Source of the DNA: an uncultured Chloroflexia bacterium
GTDB taxonomy: Bacteria > Chloroflexota > Limnocylindria > Limnocylindrales > CSP1-4
Reading direction: 5' to 3'
Length of the DNA: 64,000 bases
Assembly: GCA_963734535.1 (NCBI GenBank)
Contig: CAVTHS010000006.1
Location: 1-64,000 of the forward strand
This document shows positions 63,918-64,000 of this stretch, piece after piece. The notes beneath the pieces were generated by a model that had not been told where the DNA came from, ran no database searches, and worked only from the letters and a program-made list of their open reading frames with translations. How positions within the stretch are numbered: position 1 is the first letter of the stretch; every line of letters begins with the position of its first letter. Position numbers and translations under genes: made by a program.

Positions 63918-64000
63918 ATGAAGAAGCTCATCAACACCCCGGAGCGCGAGGTCGACGAGGCGCTCGCCGGTATGGCAGCGGCCCACCCTGACCTGCTCCG
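63918..64000 (+). CDS. dhaK: Dihydroxyacetone kinase subunit DhaK (N-terminus, runs off window)
   Basis: GGAGGAG RBS, MKKLINTPEREVDEALAGMAAAHPDLL; dha gene context. Confidence 0.85.
   Translation, partial: MKKLINTPEREVDEALAGMAAAHPDLL

Overview
A very GC-rich (by eye >70%) bacterial chromosome segment. It is most consistent with a Chloroflexota lineage (possibly Limnocylindria-like), inferred from GAAC-N4-GTTC LexA boxes, CIRCE/HrcA, a DUF5679-type protein and the S21 sequence. Scattered single-base frameshifts look like uncorrected long-read errors. The first ~2.93 kb is stylistically different: a sigma54-controlled multiheme cytochrome / hemerythrin / cytochrome c' / DUF59 module, Myxococcota-like. 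It joins abruptly to a 5'-truncated acetate-CoA ligase/GNAT gene, so it is a probable chimeric junction or recent insertion. The rest holds leuS, two tRNA-Ala genes, an SOS-regulated imuA-imuB-(ImuB-C)-dnaE2 mutagenesis cassette, a lamin-tail/OB-fold surface protein and gap-pgk-eno. It also has an S20 with a long histone-H1-like tail, a Firmicutes-like lepA-hemW-hrcA-grpE-dnaK...dnaJ-prmA-hit...rpsU-yqeY-HD-ybeY cluster, and pth-mfd. It ends in a dihydroxyacetone-kinase locus. The most notable candidate novel system is there: a second, motif-altered DhaL paralogue translationally coupled to a soluble GAF-PAS histidine kinase and an OmpR-family regulator, divergent from dhaM-dhaL-glpF-dhaK. This suggests DhaL-based dihydroxyacetone/PTS sensing wired to a two-component system rather than to DhaR or DhaS. 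No CRISPR array, rRNA, integrase or transposase was seen.
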